Of a stretch of DNA of 64,000 bases, positions 18,245 to 26,421 are shown in pieces. The notes beneath the pieces were generated by a model, which searched no databases, was not told the DNA's origin, and saw only the letters and a list, made by a program, of their open reading frames with translations. A program made the translations under genes and the position numbers. Position 1 is the stretch's first letter; every line of letters begins with the position of its first letter. The DNA comes from an uncultured Acidobacteriota bacterium (GTDB taxonomy: Bacteria > Acidobacteriota > Thermoanaerobaculia > UBA5066 > Gp7-AA6): assembly GCA_963784935.1 (NCBI GenBank), contig CAWATD010000001.1:189411-253410 (forward strand), in the 5' to 3' direction.

Positions 18245-20458
18245 TTGCAATTCGTGCGTCATCTTGCCCTTCGGGCGCCCGGGCTTGCCGCTCTCGCGGC
18301 GGTCCTGACGCTCGCCCCGGGGCGCGCCGGTGCGCAGGCGCCGGAGCCTCCGCCCGACCTCCTCACGGCCGGCGACACCCAGGGGAAGATCCGTCTCGAC
18401 GGCCTGCTGGACGAACCGGCCTGGCAGAAGGCCGGAATCATCGCGGATCTCGTCCAGCAGTCGCCGAAACCCGGCGAGTCGACGCCGTTTCGCACCGAGG
18501 TCCGGATCCTCGTCGACAGCGACCATCTCTACTTCGGGATCACGTGCACCGATCCGGACCCGGCCCTCGTCGCCGTCCACACGATGCAGCGGGACGGCAA
18601 CATGCGCGGGGACGACACGATCTCGATCGTGCTCGACACCTTTCACGACCACCGGACCGGATACCTCTTCGAGGTCAACGCGGCCGGGGCGCGGCTCGAC
18701 GGCCTGATCTCGGACCCAAATGCCGACAGCGCTTCGCTCGACTGGGACGGGATCTGGGACGTCGCGACGCGCAGGACGGCCACGGGATGGACGGCGGAAA
18801 TCGTCCTTCCGGCGCAGACGATCCGGTTCAACGGCGCGAGCGACCCCTGGGGATTCAACGTCCAGCGGTACGTCGCGCGGGACCAGCTCACGCTGCGCTG
18901 GACCGGGACGACGCTCGACTCGAACCTGCTCGACATGCGACGCGCCGGCAACCTGGCGGGCGTGGCCTGCCTCGACCAGGGCTGGGGCCTGACCGTCTCC
19001 CCCTACGCCCTCGGACGCTACGAGGTCGACCAGCTCACCGGTCACGACTTCACGAAGGGCCAGGCCGGGGTCGACGTCGGGTACCACATCACGTCGCAGC
19101 TCGACGGCGTCCTGACGATCAATCCCGACTTCGCCGAAGTCGAGGCCGACAGCCGTCAGGTCAACCTCACGCGCTTTGCCCTCTTCTTTCCCGAGAAGAG
19201 ACCGTTCTTCACGGACGGCGCGAATTTCTTCGACTTCGGCCTCGACCTCCAGGAGGCCTTCATCCCCTTCTACTCGCGGACCGTCGGCCTCTATAACGAC
19301 CGGATCATCCCGATCACCGCGGGACTGAAGGCCGTCGGGCGCGAGGGTCCGTGGGGCGTCGGCGCCCTCGACGTCCAGACGCGGGGCGTGTACGGCGTTC
19401 CGGAGACGAATCTCGCGGCCGGACGCGTGACCTACGACCTCAACCGCAACCTGCGGGTCGGGGCGATCGGCACCAACGGCGACCCGAACGGCCGCTCGAG
19501 CAACTCGCTCGCCGGCGTGGACGCGGTGTGGCAGACCGCGAGCTTTCACGGCGACAAGAATCTCGGTTTCGGCCTGTGGGCCGCGCGCAGCTTCGGCGAC
19601 GTCGGCCCCGGCGACCGCAACGGCTGGGGATTCAAGGCCCAGTATCCGAACGATCTCTGGAACCTCCAGGCTTCGGTCAAGGAGTTCGGGGACGCGCTCG
19701 ATCCCGCGCTCGGCTATCTGCCGCGCCCCGGGACGCGCCAGTACACCTCCTACGTGGCCTACCAGCCCCGGCCCTCCGGCGGTCTCTTCTCGGGCGTGCG
19801 ACAGTTCTTCTTCGAGGCCAACCCGGTCCTGATCACCGACCTCCACGGCGAGACCCAGTCGTTCCGCACGTTTCTGGCGCCCATCAACTTCCAGACGCAG
19901 GCGGGCGACCACTACGAGGCCAACTACGCCCCGGAGTACCAGCGCCTGACGGAGCCCTTCGAGATCGCGCCCGGCGTCGTCATCCCGACGGGGAGCTACC
20001 AGTTCAACCGCTTTCGCGTGTCGATCGAATCGTCGGATGCGCGCCCCCTGTCGGCCGGAGGAACCGTCTGGTTCGGCGGCTTCTACGGCGGCCACCTCAC
20101 GCAGGTGCAAGGGTTCGTGAAGTGGACGGAGGGTTCCGGACACCTGCAGCTGGCATTGAACGTCGAGAACGACTACGGATATCTCCCCGAGGGCGACTTC
20201 ATCTTCCGCCTCTGGCAGCTGAAGACGGTTTATGCGTTCAACCCCGACCTGCTCCTGGCGGCGTTCTTCCAGTACGACTCCGAATCGCAGGACCTCGGCG
20301 TGAACGCCCGGTTGCGGTGGACGATCACGCCCGGCAGCGACCTCTTTCTCGTCTGGAACCGGGGATGGAAGCATCCGATCTCCGAGCGCGCTCCGGACCT
20401 GCTGGTGCCCGAGGCCGACCAGGTCATCGTGAAGCTGCGCTGGACGTTCACGCGCTAG
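18245..20458 (+). CDS. DUF5916 / CBM9-like outer-membrane-associated protein
   Basis: Signal peptide, then IRLDGLLDEPAWQKAG...DHLYFGITCTD (CBM9-like), then a long beta-rich C-terminal region. TTG start from the track (GTG at 18254 is also possible). Confidence 0.65.
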   Translation: MQFVRHLALRAPGLAALAAVLTLAPGRAGAQAPEPPPDLLTAGDTQGKIRLDGLLDEPAWQKAGIIADLVQQSPKPGESTPFRTEVRILVDSDHLYFGITCTDPDPALVAVHTMQRDGNMRGDDTISIVLDTFHDHRTGYLFEVNAAGARLDGLISDPNADSASLDWDGIWDVATRRTATGWTAEIVLPAQTIRFNGASDPWGFNVQRYVARDQLTLRWTGTTLDSNLLDMRRAGNLAGVACLDQGWGLTVSPYALGRYEVDQLTGHDFTKGQAGVDVGYHITSQLDGVLTINPDFAEVEADSRQVNLTRFALFFPEKRPFFTDGANFFDFGLDLQEAFIPFYSRTVGLYNDRIIPITAGLKAVGREGPWGVGALDVQTRGVYGVPETNLAAGRVTYDLNRNLRVGAIGTNGDPNGRSSNSLAGVDAVWQTASFHGDKNLGFGLWAARSFGDVGPGDRNGWGFKAQYPNDLWNLQASVKEFGDALDPALGYLPRPGTRQYTSYVAYQPRPSGGLFSGVRQFFFEANPVLITDLHGETQSFRTFLAPINFQTQAGDHYEANYAPEYQRLTEPFEIAPGVVIPTGSYQFNRFRVSIESSDARPLSAGGTVWFGGFYGGHLTQVQGFVKWTEGSGHLQLALNVENDYGYLPEGDFIFRLWQLKTVYAFNPDLLLAAFFQYDSESQDLGVNARLRWTITPGSDLFLVWNRGWKHPISERAPDLLVPEADQVIVKLRWTFTR

Positions 20459-20764
20459 ACGATCCATATCCAGGTCGGCGAGGCCGGCAACGACGACATG
20501 AACAGCCGTCTTCCTTGCTGCGGCTTCTTGACGAGCACGGAGAATCCGGGCTTCGGCGGCGCGATCGACTGCGGGCCGCTCGCCGAGCACTGCCGGAACG
20601 GCGACCACACGCGCCCGAACGCGACCTCTCGCCTGAGGTACGATCCGTTCTTCGCCCCGAAAATCGTCGAACGCATCCTGAAGACCGCACCGGCGGGCGG
20701 CGACGTGAAGAGCTGGAGGTACTGACTTCCAGAAAGGGGCCTGGACAGCCTCTTGGAGGTCGAC

Positions 20765-21397
20765 ATGCGGTCACGCCGGATGATGATGGGCCTGTGGGTT
20801 CTGTTCGCGCTGAAGCCAGGTCCGATGCGGGCGCAGCAGCCGGACACGGCAACGATGATGCGCTGGGCCAGCGCCGACGTCATTCGCTACCACATCGTGG
20901 GCGTGTACCAGGGCCAGCCGTACATCGCCAGCGACGGCTCGGGAAAGGCCGACGTAACGGACCGCGTCGTGATCGATCTGAAATGGAAGCTTTCCGAGGC
21001 GAAGCTGGTCGGAACGCCGACCTTCGAAAACACGAAGTCCGTGCTCACGAACCCGAAGGACAAGGAGCCGTCCTGCCTGCCGCCCGTGCTCAGGGGCGAG
21101 TACGAGCACTACGAGATTCTGGGCATCAAGGAAGGCCCGGGCGGCGCGCTCGAGCTCCAGGTTCAGACCACGTACCCCGTCGTGGAGATCGCGCAGTCTT
21201 GCACCGCCAGCCGCAAGGCCGTGCCGGCGAGCCGCAAGGCGCGGTCCGAAGATCTGGTCCTGCCGTCGCCGGTCATGATGGGAATGCCACTGCCGGATTC
21301 GGACGACCTGCGCGTCTCGAAGGACAAGAAATCCATGATCGTCAAGAAGGGCGGCTGGACCTGGACCTTCACGCCGAGCATCGAGGGTGCGAAGTAG
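20765..21397 (+). CDS. hypothetical secreted protein
   Basis: ATG at 20765 lies 6 nt behind GGAGG (MRSRRMMMGLWVLFAL...). I recognised no family. Confidence 0.5.
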   Translation: MRSRRMMMGLWVLFALKPGPMRAQQPDTATMMRWASADVIRYHIVGVYQGQPYIASDGSGKADVTDRVVIDLKWKLSEAKLVGTPTFENTKSVLTNPKDKEPSCLPPVLRGEYEHYEILGIKEGPGGALELQVQTTYPVVEIAQSCTASRKAVPASRKARSEDLVLPSPVMMGMPLPDSDDLRVSKDKKSMIVKKGGWTWTFTPSIEGAK

Positions 21398-21439
21398 GGC
21401 CCCCACGGATGTAGCATCGCGGGCAAAGAGGAGTCAGAA

Positions 21440-22675
21440 ATGCCTCCAACCCGCAGCACGACGGCCCGGGTTCCGTCGCTCGACATCCTCCGCGGCGCGG
21501 TGATGGTGCTCATGGCGCTCGATCACGTGCGGGTGTTCTCGGGCGTGCCCGCCGGAGGGCGGACTCCGGCGATCTTCTTCACGCGCTGGGTGACCCATTT
21601 CTGCGCGCCCGCCTTCATCTTCCTGGCGGGCACCGCCATCTTCCTGTACGGCCAGAAGCTCGGCGGCCGTGCCGAACGCGGCAGGCTCGCCCGCTTCCTG
21701 CTCGTGCGCGGCGCGTGGCTGATCCTCATGGAGATGACGCTCATCCGATTCGGCTGGACCTTCAATTTCGATTACGCGCACTACGCGCTGGCCGGCGTGA
21801 TCTGGGTGATCGGCCTGTGCATGATCCTGATGGCGGGGCTCGTGTTTCTCCCGGTCGCGGCCGTCGGCGCTCTCGGGGCAGTGATCCTCGCCGGGCACGA
21901 CCTGATGGACGGGCATTTCTGGCAGCTCGCCGACACCCTGAACGATCACAGCCTGGCCTGGCTCTGGAAGATCCTGTACTTCGGTTTCGCCAGCGGTCCG
22001 ATCGACGTGCTGGGAGTGCGGTTGACCGTGCTCTATTCGCTCGTCCCCTGGATCGGCGTGATGGCGGTGGGCTACGCGTTCGGCCCGATCATCCGCATGG
22101 ATGCCGCGCGGCGGCGCCGCTGGTGTCTGACGATCGGCAGCGGAGCGATCGCACTCTTCCTCGTTCTTCGCGCCTTCGATCTCTATGGCGATCCCGGCAA
22201 GTGGAACCCGCCCCCGGACACGAGCGCGGCCGCCGCAGAGGGTGCGAAGGCCCGGCCGCAGGCACCCCCGCTCCTGCGCTTTCTCAACACGAACAAGTAT
22301 CCAGCGTCACTGCTGTTCCTGCTCATGACGCTCGGACCGATGATCGCAGTCATTCCCCTGCTCGAGACGGCACATGGCCGCGTGGCGCGGGTCCTGATGG
22401 TCTACGGGCGCGTTCCCTTCTTCTACTACATCCTGCACATCCCGCTCATTCACCTCGCGGCGATCGCGGTCTCGCTCCTGCGCGAGGGGCGCGTGAACCC
22501 GTGGCTCCTCGCGAATCACCCGATGGGCAATCCTCCGCCGCCTGACGGGTACGCGTGGGGGCTGCCGCTCCTGTACCTGGTCACCGTCGTCGTAGTGGCA
22601 ATCCTGTACGTTCCCTGCCGCTGGATGGGCGAGCTCAAGCAGCGACGAGACGAGGCCTGGCTGCGATACCTGTGA
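21440..22675 (+). CDS. DUF1624 / heparan-alpha-glucosaminide N-acetyltransferase-like membrane protein
   Basis: SLDILRGAVMVLMALDHVR N-terminal signature. Multi-TM, 411 aa. GAGGAG RBS. Confidence 0.7.
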   Translation: MPPTRSTTARVPSLDILRGAVMVLMALDHVRVFSGVPAGGRTPAIFFTRWVTHFCAPAFIFLAGTAIFLYGQKLGGRAERGRLARFLLVRGAWLILMEMTLIRFGWTFNFDYAHYALAGVIWVIGLCMILMAGLVFLPVAAVGALGAVILAGHDLMDGHFWQLADTLNDHSLAWLWKILYFGFASGPIDVLGVRLTVLYSLVPWIGVMAVGYAFGPIIRMDAARRRRWCLTIGSGAIALFLVLRAFDLYGDPGKWNPPPDTSAAAAEGAKARPQAPPLLRFLNTNKYPASLLFLLMTLGPMIAVIPLLETAHGRVARVLMVYGRVPFFYYILHIPLIHLAAIAVSLLREGRVNPWLLANHPMGNPPPPDGYAWGLPLLYLVTVVVVAILYVPCRWMGELKQRRDEAWLRYL

Positions 22676-22713
22676 CTCCTGGAAGGCCCGGCCTCGACTC
22701 CGTGACTCGTGCG

Positions 22714-23250
22714 CTAGGCGCCGCGCTTCACCGCGTCGATCCCGACACGAGCGGCCCCGTAGCGGAACAGCTTGTGGCATTCCTGGCGGAGAAAACCGCC
22801 GGTGACCGGGATGGGGTGATTGCCCTTCTCGAGAACGAACCGGCAGGAGATGAGACAGGCCCGCCACTTGTAGTCATCCGTGCCGCGCTTGCTGCCGTAG
22901 GCGGCGATGTCTTCCTGCGACACGCCGTAGATGACCGCGCCAATTCTGGACCACACGCAGGCACCGGCGCACATGGCACACGGTTCGTGCGTGGAGTAGA
23001 GGACGAAGTCGGGCAGGTAGCGGCCATAGCCGCTCGATACGTACTTGAGCGTCTCCAGCTCGACGTGCTTGATGCTCGAGCCCGAAGTCTTGACCCGGTT
23101 GCCGGCGCTCGCGATGACCACCTCGCCCCCGCTCGTAACGCGTGTGATGACCGCGCCGATGGGATAGTCGCCCCGGTCCCGGGCGCGCTTGGCCTCCGAG
23201 ACCGCCAGTTCCATGAACTTCTTTCGGGGCTTGTAGGAACGAGGAATCAT
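22714..23250 (-). CDS. CMP/dCMP-type zinc nucleoside deaminase (TadA/guanine-deaminase-like)
   Basis: Has the HVE ... THEPCAMCAGAC zinc-binding motifs. 178 aa. Confidence 0.8.
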   Translation of the reverse strand: MIPRSYKPRKKFMELAVSEAKRARDRGDYPIGAVITRVTSGGEVVIASAGNRVKTSGSSIKHVELETLKYVSSGYGRYLPDFVLYSTHEPCAMCAGACVWSRIGAVIYGVSQEDIAAYGSKRGTDDYKWRACLISCRFVLEKGNHPIPVTGGFLRQECHKLFRYGAARVGIDAVKRGA

Positions 23251-23356
23251 ACGGACAGATTATGCTCGTGGAGCCGCCGCGAGCTCCGAAGAGTTGACGC
23301 CACCACGTAGAAATCAGAGGACCCCGGCACTCCTCGCGGCCCGAAGGAGTCGGGAA

Positions 23357-23430
23357 CGGCGGGTGGTGAAGGGATCGAACCCCGGCCACATGCGTTCAAA
23401 GCAGGCGCCCGACCGCTGAGCGAACGTCGC
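23357..23430 (-). pseudogene. decayed copy of tRNA-Val (acceptor stem no longer pairs)
   Basis: Hand alignment to the tRNA-Val at 24182..24256 gives about 61 of 75 positions identical, with D-arm, anticodon stem and T-loop recognisable. The acceptor (GCGACGT vs ACCACCC) has 3 of 7 mispairs. The anticodon loop is TTTGAAC and there is no CCA. Confidence 0.5.
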
Positions 23431-23478
23431 ATTGGGGGCTCTCCGGACAATTGCCAGACCCAATGGTAGAATTATGGC

Positions 23479-23724
23479 ATGAAAACTACCATCGATACTG
23501 CGGGCCGGGTCGTCATCCCGAAGGCCGTCCGCGTCCGGCTGGGACTCACCGCCGGCGAACCCCTCGACCTGCGCGAGCGCGATGGGTATCTCGAGATCGA
23601 GCCCGCGCCCACCGCCATGAGGCTGGTCAAGAGGAAGGGCGGCGTCGTGGCCGTGCCCCTCAAGCGCCTTCCGACGCTTTCCGATGAAGTCGTGCGCGAA
23701 ACCCTGGAGCGGTCCCGGCGTTGA
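23479..23724 (+). CDS. vapB: AbrB/SpoVT-family antitoxin
   Basis: 81 aa. The MKTTIDTAGRVVIPKAVRVRLGL swapped-hairpin motif is present. 4-nt overlap with the PIN gene. Confidence 0.75.
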   Translation: MKTTIDTAGRVVIPKAVRVRLGLTAGEPLDLRERDGYLEIEPAPTAMRLVKRKGGVVAVPLKRLPTLSDEVVRETLERSRR

Positions 23725-24125
23725 TCGCGCTCGACACGAGCGTCGTCGTGGCTGCTTTTGCGTCGTGGCATGAAGGGCACGCCTCGGCGGTGGCAGCGCT
23801 TGCCCATCGTCCCCGGCTCCCGGCTCATGTCATCGTGGAGGCCTACTCGGTCCTCACCCGGCTGCCCCCGCCTCACCGGGCACCGGCCGCAATCGCCGCG
23901 GCATTCCTGCGCGAACGATTTCCCGGGACACCCCTGTCGCTTCCCGGCGCTTCGCACCGCGATCTCGTCGACCTCGCAGCCCGCGCCGGCCTGATCGGCG
24001 GCGCCATCTACGACGCGCTCGTCGCAGCGACGGCCCGTCGCGCGTCGGCCACCCTTCTCACACGCGACCACCGCGCGATCCCGGTCTACGAAGCGGTCGG
24101 CGTTCGCTACGAGCTTCTGAGCTGA
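23721..24125 (+). CDS. vapC: PIN-domain toxin
   Basis: 134 aa. Has (M)IALDTSVVVAAF, then YDALVAATA, then LLTRDHR acidic-residue pattern of VapC. TTG start. Confidence 0.75.
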   Translation: MIALDTSVVVAAFASWHEGHASAVAALAHRPRLPAHVIVEAYSVLTRLPPPHRAPAAIAAAFLRERFPGTPLSLPGASHRDLVDLAARAGLIGGAIYDALVAATARRASATLLTRDHRAIPVYEAVGVRYELLS

Positions 24126-24181
24126 AGATCAGGAAAGCCACGCGCGCCACACACCAAGCTCGCTCAAGCCACGGAGAAGGA

Positions 24182-24256
24182 TGGTGGGAGGTGAGGGGAT
24201 CGAACCCCCGACCACCTGCGTGTAAAGCAGGCGCTCTACCGCTGAGCTAACCTCCC
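24182..24256 (-). tRNA. tRNA-Val (anticodon TAC), CCA encoded
   Basis: Sense strand is GGGAGGTTAGCTCAGCGGTAGAGCGCCTGCTTTACACGCAGGTGGTCGGGGGTTCGATCCCCTCACCTCCCACCA. All four stems pair by hand folding. Confidence 0.9.
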
Positions 24257-24371
24257 GCGGCCGATCGGAAGGCTACACCGATTCCATTTGTGTGGAGAGA
24301 CGAGCCGCAGGAGCGTCGCGATGAAGACGAAGTCGCGACGCCCCCGGGCTACCGAAGGGACCCCGATCCGA

Positions 24372-24815
24372 TCAGGCGATCGGCACCGTCATGACCGGGC
24401 AATTCGCCGTCGCGATCACGTGCGAAGAGACGCTGCCCTGGATGAGGCGTGAGATCCCGGTGCGGCCGTGGGACCCCATGATGATCAGGTCGACCTCGTT
24501 CTTCTTCGCGGCCTCGGAGATCGCCTCGTTGGGCGAGCCCTTGAGGATCAACGGCCGCGCCTTGACCTGCTGCCCGCGCGCCTGCTCCAGGAGCGGCTCG
24601 AGCTTGGCTTCGATGCCGATCCGCAGGTTCCGATCCCACTCCTCGTACACGGCCGGAGCGACGGCTTGCGCCTGGGTCAGGCTCGGCGGCTGGTAGGCGT
24701 AACCGATCAGCAACTCGGCGCCGTTCTGCTTTGCGAGATCGAGAGCCTCTTTGAATCCGAGCATCGATGACGTGGAAAGATCCGTGGCAACGAGAATCCG
24801 CCGGTAGGGCTTCAT
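24372..24815 (-). CDS. universal stress protein (UspA family)
   Basis: Start at MKPYRRILVATDLS inside track ORF 24372..25124. Has the MGSHGRTGISRLIQGSVS ATP-binding motif. 147 aa. Confidence 0.85.
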   Translation of the reverse strand: MKPYRRILVATDLSTSSMLGFKEALDLAKQNGAELLIGYAYQPPSLTQAQAVAPAVYEEWDRNLRIGIEAKLEPLLEQARGQQVKARPLILKGSPNEAISEAAKKNEVDLIIMGSHGRTGISRLIQGSVSSHVIATANCPVMTVPIA

Positions 24816-24963
24816 GACAACCTCCTCGAGGGAATGGGCTGACACCCTCGAAAAACCCACGACGAGCCTGCCACGCCACCCACTTCCTTCGCGTGATGCA
24901 ACCCCATCAATTCCGGGTTCGCGGGGGCCCGCGGCCCCGAAATCCGCCTTTTGTGGCGCTCGA

Positions 24964-26421
24964 CTAGATCGCGATGGAGGCGAAGCGCTCGATCTCCTCG
25001 ACCGGCATCGGCCGCGCGAGCAGGAAGCCCTGGCCGTAGGGAACGCCGAGCGACTGGAGGACCCGCAGTTCTTCACGGGTCTCGATGCCTTCCGCGATGA
25101 CCTTGGTGTGCATCTTGCGCGCAAAGCTCATGAGCGCCTCGAGCAGGTCCTGCTTGACCTGCTTGCGGTCGATGCCGCGCACGAAGACGTTGTCGAACTT
25201 CAGGTAGTCCGGCTCGATGTCGGCCAGCGACGACAGGTTCGAGTAGCCCGTGCCGACGTCGTCGACGGCGATGCGGAAGTTCTGCGAGCGGAACTTGGAG
25301 AGGACTTCGCGGAAGAGACCCTCGTAGACGGCGTAGGTCCGCTCCGTGATCTCGAGGACGATGCGGTCGGGCTCGAGGCCCAGTGCGCGCACCTGGTCGC
25401 GGAAGACGGGGCCGAGAAACTCCGGGTCCGACGCCGCCGCCGGCGACAGGTTCATGAAGATCTGACGTTTCGGGTTGGCCTTCGCGGCCGCCTCGAGCGC
25501 GCGCTGGCGGCACACCCGCTCGAGCGGCAGGAGCAGCTCCGTGCGGTCGGCGAGCGAGAAGAGCGCCTCCCCGCTCTCGAACTCGCTGCCGCGCGGGCCC
25601 CGCGAGAGGGCCTCCATCCCGATCATGTTCCCCGTCGCCAGGTCGAAGACCGGCTGGAACACCGGCCGGATGTCCTGGCGCGAGATGACGTCCTGCAGGA
25701 GCTGGCCGCCCCGGATCTCGGCGCGCACGGTCTTGCGCGTGACCTGGTCGCGCGCATCCTGGACGCCGCGGTAGAGCAACCGCTCGATGCGGTGTTTCGG
25801 GTCCTTCATGATCCGCGAGGAGCCCACGAACGAGCGGAAGCGCGCCGAGACGTCCGCGCGCTCTGCGAGGTACCCGCGGATCAGCTGATCGAGCTCCGCC
25901 GACTTCTGCCCGAGCGCGGTCGGGCCCTCGACCATGCCGCCGCCGTCCGGGCTGATGAAGAGGATGATCTCGTCCGACCGCACGTACGGCAGGCAGAGCG
26001 TGCCGCCGGGAACGATGCCGTCGGTCTGGAACGCCTTCAACCGCCGCACGAAGTCGAGCAGCAGGTCGTCGTACGCCTCCCACCCCCAGACTTCCTCGAC
26101 GGCGCCTTCGGAACTCGGACGGAAGACCAGCACCGAGATGCTGCCGAGCTCCTCGAGCTGCTTCTTCAGGTCGTCGACGAGGACGGCGACGGTCGGCAGA
26201 CCGGTCTCCCGGTCGTACAGGCGGGTGCGTTCCTTGAACCACTTGCCGCGCAGCGCGACCAACTCGCTCTGCTTCTCTTTGGCCAACAGGGCCTGGCGTT
26301 CTTTGTCCAGCGTCCAATGAGGATAGCACCGCGCGCCGACGCCGGGCCAGGTCTGTCGGGCGTCAGGGGCCGGCCAGCAGGGGCAGGGGCGAAGCGTCAC
26401 GGATCCGGGCGATGGCATCAT
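24964..26421 (-). CDS. c-di-GMP phosphodiesterase: degenerate GGDEF-like domain plus EAL domain
   Basis: EAL-domain motifs present (MEALSRG, ..EITE.., DDVGTGYSNL, KFD, EGIET). The upstream GGDEF position reads RSDEI. The start is uncertain: the maximal ORF overlaps the ClC gene by 59 nt and I found no convincing ATG/RBS downstream. Confidence 0.75.
   Translation of the reverse strand: MMPSPGSVTLRPCPCWPAPDARQTWPGVGARCYPHWTLDKERQALLAKEKQSELVALRGKWFKERTRLYDRETGLPTVAVLVDDLKKQLEELGSISVLVFRPSSEGAVEEVWGWEAYDDLLLDFVRRLKAFQTDGIVPGGTLCLPYVRSDEIILFISPDGGGMVEGPTALGQKSAELDQLIRGYLAERADVSARFRSFVGSSRIMKDPKHRIERLLYRGVQDARDQVTRKTVRAEIRGGQLLQDVISRQDIRPVFQPVFDLATGNMIGMEALSRGPRGSEFESGEALFSLADRTELLLPLERVCRQRALEAAAKANPKRQIFMNLSPAAASDPEFLGPVFRDQVRALGLEPDRIVLEITERTYAVYEGLFREVLSKFRSQNFRIAVDDVGTGYSNLSSLADIEPDYLKFDNVFVRGIDRKQVKQDLLEALMSFARKMHTKVIAEGIETREELRVLQSLGVPYGQGFLLARPMPVEEIERFASIAI

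Noticed and set aside
20455-20883. 142-aa minus-strand ORF in the gap between the DUF5916 gene and the hypothetical secreted protein.
   Set aside because: It overlaps the start of the plus-strand gene at 20765 and has no motifs and no RBS. It is probably non-coding intergenic sequence.
22714-23250. Deaminase next to the VapBC cassette as a possible toxin or defence deaminase.
   Set aside because: Its size, HxE/PCxxC spacing and C-terminal GGFLRQEC..LF segment look like ordinary TadA/guanine-deaminase-type housekeeping enzymes. There is no partner immunity gene or secretion-associated domain.
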